From contig CAJFCJ010000084.1 in NCBI GenBank assembly GCA_904063045.1, positions 14,384-78,383 on the forward strand: a stretch of 64,000 nucleotides of DNA, written 5' to 3'. The DNA is from Dimorphilus gyrociliatus. Its lineage: Eukaryota; Animalia; Annelida. Positions within the stretch are counted from its first letter, which is position 1; each line of letters opens with the position of its first letter. Positions 13,853 to 24,926 of the stretch are shown here, in pieces. Made by a program: the position numbers and the translations under genes. The notes under the pieces are model-generated. The model was not told the DNA's origin and did not search any database. It saw only the letters and a list, made by a program, of their open reading frames with translations.

Positions 13853-14230
13853 AATTCCAAATGTTACAGTATTCTCCCTGGCAACATTTCTTACAAATTC
13901 CTACTTTTCTAGATTCTTCACAATATTCATCTTTATGGTCAGACTGCCACATTTCATTTGAGCATCCTCTCTCAAAGGAAAGTGATTTATTATCTTTTTT
14001 CTCTTACAACCCAACAACTAGCTTGAGGACATTATGTTTTTTTTTATGTGGACCTGTCATTGTTATTTCACCACCACATGCTATTTCATTTCCTTTGCAG
14101 AATAAACAATACATTTCGCATTGAAATCAGTGAAGAATGTTTCCAGGTTTACATTTAGTATGGATTGTAGAATATTCGCAGGATAGACAATAATCTAATT
14201 GAACATTTACAGCATTTAGAACCAGATAGA
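13853..14230 (-). pseudogene. Ly6/uPAR (three-finger, quiver-like) domain with a stop and frameshifts
   Basis: YCLFCKGNEIAC...CPQASCWVV...SFERGCS...YCEE...CKKCCQGEYCN, ending in the CCxxxxCN motif; frameshifts at poly-A runs near 14040 and 13990; TGA in the N-terminal part. Confidence 0.7.
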
Positions 14231-14793
14231 TAATATCCAGTTAAAATAATATTATTTTCTATAGAAATTGTAATAGAATATTGATTCAAGGAGAAGTGGG
14301 AATAGGTAAAAAATAAATATTTAAAGAATCAGTGTGGGCCTATCTATGTTGGAAATTTATTTAGTTTTTGCTGAAAACTTGGTATAATTGACTTGTCAGA
14401 TAATTACAAATGTTGGAATGATTCTTTAGAATTTTTTTTTTAACGGATTGGAAGAATTATCCAATTGAAATTATCTATGAAATAATAACAAATTCTTTGT
14501 TTATATTATTATTTTTCACTTCATTTTCATCTTTTTTTTTCATCACAGGAGACGTTCTCTCCACTGAAACCAATCCCACAATCCTCTAGAGTACGCAGGC
14601 TTATTCAGGTTCCATTCTAATCTAGGCTAAACTTGGTCTCAGCCTTTGCGCTAACTTTTCCAATGATTGGGACTCAATCAATCAATCATTACTGTATTTT
14701 TATTTTCCTTCCAAAATCAGCCTTATTCCCAATCTTCTGTGCTCTTAGTCTAGATTTGTCAAACCATCAATCATTAATTATGTTGAAAAATCT

Positions 14794-16320
14794 TCACTCG
14801 CTATAGATTTTTATTTTGTCAGTGAATTTTAGCCATTGGGTAGTTTCTGAAAATTTGTGTTCAGTTAGATAACAATTGTCAAAACTAACATATCTTAATC
14901 TATCATATGATTGAAAAAGTCCATTGCAAATATAAGAAAATCCATTTCCCATGCTATTATTATTCAGTAAATGTACAATTTCAATTTTAGAACATGCTTT
15001 AAAGAAATTTCCAACACTTTTACTTTGCTCCTCATTTAGGCCACATTCAGTGAAATCAACTTCTGCCAAAGTATTTGATGATTGAATTAATCCGTTGCAA
15101 ATATCTATTAATCCATTTCCCATTTCATTGTTTTTAGAAAAATTGACTACTTCTATCTGAGAGCAATGTTTAAGCAAATTTCCAATGGAATTAGCTTGTT
15201 TAGCAGTTAGTTCACAATTTCCAAAATCAATGCTTTTCAATGTATTTGATGAATTTAAAAGACCATTACAAATGTTCAATAAACCATTTCCCATTTCACT
15301 ATTAAAGTTAAAATTGATCAACTCCAATTTGGAACAATTTTTAAGCATACTTTCAATAGACACACATTGATCTTCACCTATTTCACAATAGCTGATATCA
15401 ATACATCTTAAGGTATTTGATGAACGAACTAGCCTGTGGCAAATGTGTTGTAACAAATTTTTCAAAATTTTGTTTCCACACATATATAAGATTTCAACTT
15501 TAGAACATTTATCCAACACATTTTCAATATTTAAAACTTGACTTTCAGTTAGAAAACACCATTTAAAATAAATACATTTCAGAGTATTTGATGAATGAAT
15601 AAGCCCATCACAAATATTTGATAATCCATTGCCCATTTCTTTGTTACCACTCATAGAAATCTGTTCAATTTTAGAACAGACCTTCAATAGATTTCCAATA
15701 CTGAAAGCTTGACTCTCAGATAGAAAACACCAGCTAAAATCAATATTTTTTAAAGTATTTGAAGACAGTAAGAGTGCATCACAAACTTTCAACAATCCAT
15801 CTCCCATATTTCTGTTCATGCTTAAGTTTATTGTTTCTAATTTAGTACAATTACTTATTATATAACCAATATCTGCAGTTTGAATAACTGTTAGTTTGCA
15901 ATGACAGAAATACAAGTGTCTTAAAGTGTTCATTGAATGAACAAGCCCCTCACAAATCCTAGACAATCCATCACCCATATTTTCATTGGAGCTTAAATTT
16001 ATTGTTTCTATTCCATAACAATTTTCAAGAAATTCTCCAATATCCTTACAATAACTCTTTGTTAGACGGCATTTATAGAAATGGATACACTTTAAAGTAG
16101 TCAAAGATTGACGAAGCGCATTGCAAACTTTAGTGAATTCATTCTTTCTGACCATAGTCCTACTACACATGGAGCAGGTATATATATTATCAATATTGGC
16201 CAGTTGTTGAAAGCATCTGACACAGTGTACATGTTCACAAGACAGTATCTTAACATCTCTTCCTAGAAATGACTCAAGACAAATGGAACATTCCAGAATT
16301 TTCTCCTTATCTATAGACAT
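14794..16320 (-). CDS. Intronless RING-HC finger plus ribonuclease-inhibitor/NLR-type LRR protein (508 aa)
   Basis: CSIC...CEHVHCVRC...CSMC RING at the N-terminus, then about 7.5 copies of a 56-aa (28+28) LRR unit (SNTLKxIDFxxCxL...CSKIExINxSxNxEMGNGL); 168-nt periodicity visible in the DNA; uninterrupted ORF. Confidence 0.92.
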   Translation of the reverse strand: MSIDKEKILECSICLESFLGRDVKILSCEHVHCVRCFQQLANIDNIYTCSMCSRTMVRKNEFTKVCNALRQSLTTLKCIHFYKCRLTKSYCKDIGEFLENCYGIETINLSSNENMGDGLSRICEGLVHSMNTLRHLYFCHCKLTVIQTADIGYIISNCTKLETINLSMNRNMGDGLLKVCDALLLSSNTLKNIDFSWCFLSESQAFSIGNLLKVCSKIEQISMSGNKEMGNGLSNICDGLIHSSNTLKCIYFKWCFLTESQVLNIENVLDKCSKVEILYMCGNKILKNLLQHICHRLVRSSNTLRCIDISYCEIGEDQCVSIESMLKNCSKLELINFNFNSEMGNGLLNICNGLLNSSNTLKSIDFGNCELTAKQANSIGNLLKHCSQIEVVNFSKNNEMGNGLIDICNGLIQSSNTLAEVDFTECGLNEEQSKSVGNFFKACSKIEIVHLLNNNSMGNGFSYICNGLFQSYDRLRYVSFDNCYLTEHKFSETTQWLKFTDKIKIYSE

Positions 16321-16586
16321 TCTTTGCGTTTCTTATAAATGTTTCAAATTTATTGGAGAAGGTTATATTGCAACTGTAACCACGACATGAAGCTTATTGA
16401 GAAGATTATAACCACATTCACCATGTTTACACTGAAGAATAGGTCTAAAATCTCGAGTATTATTTAAGCTCATTGAAAGAGAATTTATGCAAATTGTGTG
16501 AAAAAAAAACATAGTTTTTTTGTTTTTCAAAATAGGGTTATGAAATTGTAATTTCTAACCCTTTATTTATTAAATGTACAGGTTTA

Positions 16587-16760
16587 GGAGACAATACTTG
16601 TATAGCTGTAACAGTAGAAATAGAATTCAATTTAAGAATACCTTGGCCAACAGCTAGTCAGGATCAAATTGAAATTAATGAAGGAAATTTTGGAGAATGT
16701 ATCAATGTGTAAAATTCATTTATCAACTGTTGGAACTATTGTATATGTATCAATAGAATA
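16587..16760 (+). pseudogene. Remnant of the Cys-rich C-terminal domain family found at 25545-26162 and 44477-45547
   Basis: GDNTCIAVTVEIEFNLRIPWPT matches AGTCISIEIGRIFNLRIPWPT of the 25.5-kb ORF; stops follow. Confidence 0.6.
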
Positions 16761-17204
16761 TCAAAGTCATGTAATTGCATAACATTTTTCAGACTTTTGA
16801 TAATTGTATTGATGATAGATTATAATAGGACTGCAGAAATGTTGTGTTTACATACTAGAACTTAATTTCACTCAGGCTATTCTTATCACACATGGTCTTC
16901 AGGTGTTGCTGTCACTGTATTCAGGATAATTATCTGAAGAAGGGGGCAAACGAATACTGAAAGATAGTGAAATTGTCTGCAAGCCAATCCTCTAATCTAT
17001 TAGGCTCTTTATTGTTTAATTGGCACACAGAATATGAATCTTGCTAGCGTCCAATGCTCTACCAGAGTAGAGAAATCCAATAAAGACTGGACAGACTATC
17101 TTATCTCATGCAATGCTACAACAATCCTAAACATTGAAATTTATGATATTATCTTCCTTACCTGAAGAATAACTTGTTAACGCTGTCTTCTCTAAAGACA
17201 ATAA

Positions 17205-18010
17205 TAAATGAAATTTTGCTGAAAATTTACCAACAAAATACAAGTATTTCGTTCAAAGAAAATGTATTGAGTAAATGAGTTTCTAGTTCTAAACAAGCAA
17301 GTTTTAACACCAAGCTAGCAGTTAGAAAACTGAACTGACTACTGGTAAATTCATAGGGTTTATATAGTCTTCCAATAGTTGACAATTCACAGATAAAAAT
17401 ATTCACACAAACAAATATATCATTTTTCCATATTTGTTACTTTTCCATTGTTGTGGAAAGCCCTTGTTAGTAGGTCAGAGAACTGCATAAGATGTAACAA
17501 TTTTTGGTAGAAGTTGGACTGATTCCAACATACAAAAATAGACCTTTGTCAACATAATGCTGTTCTAATATACCACATGTTATTAATAATAATTGTTTGT
17601 CAAATGTACTTTGTTTCAGTGTAAGACAGTGATAGAGTAAAGCTAAGACACTTGATAATCTAAAATAGTATTGTGCATACAATACTGTTCAAAAGTGACA
17701 ATAAGTTACACACTGCAAATATAAGTAGAATAGCATAAAATACAACTGCAATTCATGAAATATTGTGTGTATAATAAATAACTTTAATATTCAAGTTAAG
17801 TTGTAAAAGTATTTTACAACTAACTTTTAAAATAGTGTAAAGAATAGTGTAATGTTGTACGTTAGGCGTTTAAAGCACTGTATAATACTATTCCAACATT
17901 GCTGTCCATTGATGAGTGGAATGTAACAATTTTGGGCGTGCGCTATGAAAAGTGTGTACTCGTTGGTAAGCATATGCATACAGTGCATGATAACAACCTA
18001 CAAGTGTGCA
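17205..18010. repeat. About 800-bp non-coding retroelement-associated module, inverted relative to 27200-28030
   Basis: Long blocks match the reverse complement of 27200-28030 (e.g. gaaagcccttgttagtagg; agtattgtgcatacaatactgtt). An internal ~210-bp tandem duplication runs to about 18220. Confidence 0.85.
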
Positions 18011-18139
18011 TATAAGTTAATTAGGCTTAATATTCAAATTAATTGTAAATTAGTATAGACGATGGTGTATGTTGTACATTAGGTGTTTAGAGTACTGTAT
18101 AATACTATTCCAATACTGCTTTTCCATTGATGAACAATT

Positions 18140-19502
18140 TTGGGTGCACACTATGAAGTGTGCGTACTCCTTGGAAAGTATTTATGCATGGTGCATGGAA
18201 ACTGCCTAAATGTGTACAACATTAAATTGGCAAAAAGAGCTGAAATATATTTTGAGAATGCTAGAAGAGAAGATGAAAGTGAATTCAAGCAATTCAAAAA
18301 GAGCTTTGATAACAGCAACAGTTATAGAAATGAAAATGAACATAAATTTACACCTTTTTCTCAAAAGAGGACTAATCTACACTAAAGATTTGGATATGGA
18401 GGAAATAATGAAAAAGGTACCTTCAACAGATTAATTCATGTTGAAGCTGATCAACCAATGATAGAGAAACATCAAAAGGTACAATGGCAATATATGAATT
18501 GCGCATTTTCAGTGTACATCTTAAATAAAAGGCAGAGATGATTTGCAATTTCATTTGAAAAATCATAATGGAAGAGAAGTGATTGCCTTGTGTGATACAG
18601 GAGCATTAATGTCATTTATCACTGAAAAAGAAATTAAGTTATTGGACGAAAGATTAGTGAAGATAGAAACTACCGCATTGCCAAAAATAACGTCAGGTGA
18701 TGGAAATGCACTCAAAACTAAAGGTAAAGTAACACACAATTTGCTGAAAGAATTATGGAATGGGAATTCTGCATAATGGAAAAACTGGATATGGCAATAA
18801 TATTAGGATGTGCTAAGAAAGTCTGTAGCCATAATTAACTTTGCAATTAAACAAGTTTCACTTCCTTTCTTTATCAGAAGGGGAGAACCTGTTAAAACTT
18901 TTCTACAAAAAAGACAAAATGATCAATTGCAGGAAAGAAATCAAAGAAAACCTAACAAACTAACTGTTGGAATGATTGGACAATATTTGCAAGAACCACC
19001 TGAAGACCCACCTGAAGTATCAGATAGCAAAGATTCAGATATGGAAATTGCTGATTCAGATACAGGTTATGAAACAAGCCAAATTTTTAATACAAACATA
19101 ACCTATGAATCATACCAAGGTTATGTAACAGACAACAGTTATCATACAGATCAAAGTCAGAATTCTTCAGAATATTATGAGACAGCAACAAGTTCTGAAT
19201 CTGATGAAAATCATTATTCAGATTGTGATACAGTTATTGTTATCAATTCATCTGAAGAAGAGACTAGTACCACAGCTGATGATATGAATATGGAACTTCA
19301 ACATATAGAGTTGGAAGATGGAGTAACAATGAAGGTTACTAAAAAACCAAAAGCTGATATAAATATGGAACCTCAACATATAGAGTTGAAAGTTGGAGTA
19401 ACAATGAAGGTTACTAAAGAACCTGTGCTCTGTTCTTGGCCAACTGAGAAGGTTATGGTATCCTTTCCATTTATATCATCCATTCTGCTCATGTTCAAGT
19501 AG
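18140..19502 (+). mobile_element. Degenerate Gypsy-like gag-protease followed by an acidic low-complexity tail; no RT
   Basis: Retropepsin motif VIALCDTGALMSFI and C-terminal IILG..VLRKSVAIINF across frameshifts; gag-like fragments upstream; E/D/S/T-rich ORF 18810-19502 with a 75-bp tandem duplication at 19281-19424. Confidence 0.7.
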
Positions 19503-20055
19503 AACAAAGATTCTTTTCCACAATTTTCTCTACACAATGTAAATTCACCAAAGAGTAAGGATGAAATACCAGTATTCTGTCAATAAAGTGTATTGCATAA
19601 ACTTTAGTACAACAACCAAAGGAATAGTGTCTAAGTTGTGAACAGTTTGTTACCACTCAGGTTACTACTGCTGAGTACGAAAAGCTAGAGCTTTATATAC
19701 ATTTTAGTTAACAAAGAAAGCTTATCTTATTTGAACATTGATACATTAATGTCTTTTGTTGGTAAGAATCACATCTTATTTGACCAGTGATCCATTAGGG
19801 TGTTTATTGGTGTGCAGACAACTTGAGTAGGCTGCTTGATGTGTGGAGATATCTTATCTTGTTTGAGCTTCTGCATATTGATGTCTTTATTGGTAGCACC
19901 TATCTTGTTGACTGTACACCAAGCTGTTTACCTATGTACACATTTGTTGATGAGGCTAATTAGTGTACATTAGTCAGCTTATCTTGTTTACACAACTGGA
20001 CATTGATGTCTTGACTGATAATACCATATCTTCCTTAGCCATTGCCCATTAATGT

Positions 20056-20678
20056 TGTACTGCTCTTGCTGGCAAAATCTATGCGTTTGTAAGTTATAAC
20101 AGTACTGGTTCTACTCAAACCTTTAAATTAAAACGGTTTATTCGCAATAATAATACTTAAGCAAGTAACAATATGAGAGTTCGATAGCAGAGTAGATAGT
20201 TCGTAAAAGCAGGTTGCCAAATTACCAAACTGTCTTCCAATGTTGAGGAGTAGATGGATGGTTCCAGTGGAGGTTGTTTCCAGATGATTTTCCCAGGTCC
20301 TTGGGTCCAGATGGAAGCTGCATGCCAAATGAGAATAGTGAGGATTTATATACTTTGAGGTTTGCCTCTGACATCCAATCATCACTTTACAGTTGCCGAA
20401 ATGTGTAGTTCATATTTATGTTTAGTAAGAGGATGTTAGAAGGTTGAACATTTAGGAAGGTTAATTGAATGATAACTTGGCCACACCCTAGGCAAGTTAA
20501 TTAAATTATAACTTGGCCAAACCTTTATTGGTAATTAAAGATGAGCCTTCAAGCTGACTAATCAGACTTATGTTTGGCCAATGTTATAGCATTTTCTTGC
20601 GTAGGTTTTAAGATGTACATGTATATGTTGCATCAAATAATACAGTTCAAGCATGTAAAATATAACCAAAGTTGTACA
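20056..20678 (-). mobile_element. 3' LTR (623 bp, TGTAC...GTACA) of an LTR retrotransposon, preceded by a PPT and an env-like tail
   Basis: On the minus strand AAGAAGGGGGAAG (20680-20692) lies directly before TGTACAAC; internal TATATAAA and AATAAA; both ends match the copy at 63598-63855. Confidence 0.8.
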
Positions 20679-20709
20679 ACTTCCCCCTTCTTTGTGAAGA
20701 TGAGTCCTT

Positions 20710-20936
20710 TCATCTTGATTTAATGAGAATTACAGGTGGTTGTTCTTCTTCATTAGTTTGATGTTGACTAAAGCTACAACTTTGTTTTATTAGTTTTGGG
20801 TTTTCAGGAGAGTTATCTGTGCCCTCACTTGGGGTAGCAGTTTCTTCTCTTTGTTTTCTTCTTCCAATAATATAGTTGAAAATGATGATACATACCATTG
20901 ACACTACAATACTCAAACAAATATTTCGTATGATAA
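20710..20936 (-). mobile_element. env-like C-terminus (TM helix plus cytoplasmic tail)
   Basis: NICLSIVVSMVCIIIFNYII followed by GRRKQR and a polar tail; the stop lies about 17 nt before the PPT. Confidence 0.55.
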
Positions 20937-21628
20937 TGTACAACTTTGGTTATATTTTACATGCTTGAACTCTATTTGAAGTCATCCCATAGATCAATAA
21001 TTTTCTTCTCTGAACCATAGTCATCTGGTAAGACATAACAATTTTGATCTGCATCTTTTTAAGTTCTTTATTCTCTAGATAAGCCTATAGGTTAAATATT
21101 ACTCAAGTGTTAACTTGTGTCTCTTGAAATGTGATAACTTAGCTGACAAACTAGTTTTCTCTAATTTTGACAGTGTCAAACTTAAATTGAAAAACCCTAA
21201 GCTAACCCTAAAATTCATCTAGAACACAAGCCAAGCTACCTTGCCAAGTTATCAGATACTTTGAACCAGAAAGAGTAAGAGTCTTGATCTTCAGCTTGTT
21301 TTAGGTGATCTCAAATCGAGAGACAGAGATAGAAGATAGATATTGAGAGAGATGATTTGGATAAAACTATAAGAGTTTATATACTCTTTGGTTTGTCACT
21401 GATATCCAATCATCAGTTTGCAATTGATGAATGCTCTAGTTTATGTTTATCATTAGTAACAGGACATCACAAAGTCCAATAGACATAATCTTTGTCCTTT
21501 AGGAAAGTTAATTAAATTATAACTTGTTGAAAGGTTGTAGTGTTTTCTTAAGTAGTTTGGGAGTCAAATAAGTGTTAGGCTTATTATAATAGTTTGAAGC
21601 ATAATAAAATATATGTGTAAGTTGTACA
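20937..21628 (-). mobile_element. Related LTR-like sequence (second subfamily) plus an inverted 35-bp copy of the LTR start
   Basis: Starts TGTACAAC at 21628 on the minus strand and shares gatgattggat.tcag.g.caaacc...gtatataaa with the 20056-20678 LTR; further pieces at 47835-47935 and 63030-63195. Confidence 0.6.
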
Positions 21629-21766
21629 ATAGTCTTAAGAGATACTATAAGAAAGAGGAGTTACAATTCATAATTTGTCTAGAACACAACCATTCAAGCC
21701 AACTCCAGTTGGCAAAACACAATTTTGTCACAATAATCAATCTAAACAGTTGACAATTATATACTA

Positions 21767-23703
21767 TTACAAACACTTAACCAACAGCAAATAACCTAAG
21801 TTTTCCAAATGAAATGTATTCAGTAATGTTGGAGCACTATTCAAGAGCTGATGATTACAGGAAACCTCCAACTTATTTCTATTTAATAAACAATAACTGA
21901 GATGGAATTGATAGGAAATATCACTTTCATCATTCAAATGTAATGAGAATTTTAAAGAAATAACAATTTTCTTAGGAAATTTCACCATTTCTAAGTTTAT
22001 CACATTTAAATCATTTAAGCCCTTCTAATAATCAATTCTATTATTTTAATAACTTATAATTGAATGTTTATGATTCATAATAAGTAATTGTCCAAATCCC
22101 CTTTTATTTTAAAAGTCTTGATGTAAGATACTTCAAAGTGCAGTCTAGTTCAAATAGACAAATACCTTAAATGTGTACAATGAGTAATATACCCATTCAA
22201 TTTTATTCTTCAATCAGATTTTAATTTATATAAAGAATCCTACTCTTTTTTGGGAAGATTTGTACTTGTAAGGGTTTTACAAAAGAATAAATTTTCTTTC
22301 AGTACAATAATGAAATTGTTTATAATGGAAACAAGAGTAAATAACAGTAAAATAACTAAACTTACTACAACAGTTGTGATCAAATGAATAATGCTTTGGT
22401 ATTACTGAGCAATATTGCTTTTATTACATCCTGAAGCTATTTTTTCTGTTGATTTTAAAGATTCGCACAGATTTAGCCTTTTTTTATGTATAATTCTCTT
22501 AAGATGTTTTTAGAGCAACTCTTCCAATTTATCTTGATCCAGAGCGATTACTGGAGTTTTATCTGAAATGAAATAATTTGGGAAACTTTTTCTTGGGAAA
22601 AGAACAATAATGGTAAAAACACTTACAAGACGTATAGCCCTGTGGTACAGAAGTTGTGTCAACTATTGCCTTCATTGTTGTTGTTGTTGTTTGTTTTGCT
22701 TTAAGAATTTCACAGGCAAATTTTACTTTTAAATATTTAAAAACTCCTTTACATGTATTACCAAATACAGAATTTTTTTCAAACACTTGCTTCTGTACTT
22801 TCCAAAGATTTTTGCGTTTACAAGTTGTCAAATCATTCTTGAGTCTTCCATATAAAGCTGATTTAATTGTAATATATAATCCAGATGGACATGCCAATTT
22901 TAAGTTTTTGTGTTCGCAGGCAATTTTTATTGCTAAAACATAAAAAGTTTATTTTCTCAGGTAAAATCTTACCATAAAATTCAATTCTTTACTTTTAACA
23001 CATTCGTGATTTATCGTCTCCTTTTTCTCCTTTTACGCTGTTTATAAAAATTACTTGGTTAGCACTACAAATAACATGTAGAGAGTGATTTTCACAGACT
23101 GTTTGTGAAGCATTAGTTGGATCTGAGGAGGAGGATGAAGAGGAAGATAATGAAAGAAGACAAGAAGTTAATATAGTTAACTGTATCTTTTTTTGTAAAA
23201 AGAAAAACTTACTTTTAAACAGAAAATTGATGAAAGAAACCAAAACTATTGAAATTTTTAGAAATTCAACGGAAATAGGAAACTGAAAATTAAGAGAATT
23301 AAAAAATCCTCTCTCTCTCTCTCTCTCTCTCTCACAAGTATTTAACTTGGCCAAAGGTTGGTGTTTTTGCTTAAAGTGGTTTGCATGTGACCTAGGCAAT
23401 GGGCCTATAATGATTTGAAGCGTAATAAAATATATTATGTGTAAATTGTACAGTCTAATAAGTTCACATAGGGGTTGTTTAAACCAGGACACTCAGGTGG
23501 CTCAAACAAACAAACAAACAATATCTTCAAATATTAAATTCTCATGCAGTTTCATTTAACAGCATTCTAAAGCTAAAATGCTGAAGCATTGTCAAGTGTA
23601 AATAGTTTCCATGAACTACCAAACTGGTAACTTTTTGATCTAGTAAACAGAATTGACAAACAATTGAGAACAATACCAATGTTGAAGGGTTCAAACGTCA
23701 ACA

Positions 23704-23734
<31 letters not shown>

Positions 23735-23990
23735 TAGCTTGTTAACATAAAGGACGTTATTTTTCAAAATGGATTGCTACAGGTGTCATTTAAAAGCTGA
23801 TTGCAATTTTGTTGAAGATGAAATCGATGTCAACTTTCGTTGTGATCTATCATTAAGAAGTTTTTTCGTTATTTTTTGTATAGTTTCTCTAAATTGTAAA
23901 TGACTTTTATACAGAAAGTATAGATTATTTAAAAATGGAAAATGGTAAAGATCCTTGCGTGGCAAAATATACATCTACTGGAAAATTGCA
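21767..23990 (-). pseudogene. Decayed gene with two SUEL/rhamnose-binding lectin domains, possible VWA upstream and possible GAIN/GPS downstream
   Basis: IACEHKNLKLACPSGLYITIKSALYGR...NSVFGNTCKGVFKYLKVKFAC (middle of the domain missing); second start TVCENHSLHVICSANQVIFINS; Ser- and Thr-rich linkers; weak DVYFATQGS and CLLNRNKLEVSCNH motifs; many stops. Confidence 0.6.
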
Positions 23991-24926
23991 TGTATGTTTT
24001 TTAGAAGCTCTTGGAAATTTTCTACCAATTTTCCTTTCCATAAGAAGAAACAATGATGGAAAAAATTATTATTGACACTCTTCAATATGTTACTCACTTC
24101 ACATAAGAAGTGAAAGAGCTAGTGGATGGTTATAAATCATTAAGGTCATAGGTACTATGGCTATTGATGATTCTTCTGATGGTAATTAAGATCAAAAGAA
24201 TTGCTAAAACCCTGCAATAAATGTGTCAGATGAAAGTTCATAATCTTTATTTTGGAAACAACAAGTTTTTTGACTTTATGTTTAGGGTTCTATACATGAA
24301 GTTTTTCTCATTTTTTTGTTAGCCTGTTTATGAATATAAAACCATCAGGCAAAATATATCCAGTAATGTAGCGCTATATCCAACAACTGTAACAATTTGG
24401 AATTGTTGAAGAATGAATAGATTCAGTTACATGGTGTCTACATTTTGCATAGTTACCTTTGACAGAGCTAAAAAGAAAGACAAATTTTTAGTATGATTAT
24501 TTTTCTAGGAAAAAATCTTAACTGTGACAAGAATGACCTTGAAGAAAATAACCATGAGAACATTTCAAAACATTTTGCCTTATGTGTTAAAGTATCTTTT
24601 GTGCCTTTTCCTATTCCAATAATTTAAGTGCATTTTCTTCATATCAAATAATTGTTTGAGTATTTTCTATAGGCATTCTGAATTACTCTGATGATTTAGC
24701 TTGAATAATTCAAGATATTGATATTGGATATTGGTTATGAATCTTTAATTTGTACTATTTATCAGTAATAAGCTCTTATTACCTTCATAAAGAGTTTGAA
24801 GAGGAAAGGGAAACTTTGAATATGCGTGCAGAGACACAGCATAAAATTCAGGATAGGAGAGTGATAGAGAGAGAGAGAGGAGAGAAATGGAGGAAAGTAG
24901 CTATTGACAAAAGTGTTGGAAAAAAA

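Noticed and set aside
13182-14124. Long ORFs of 222-312 aa in the ORF track
   Set aside because: They are mostly X translated from the N gap.
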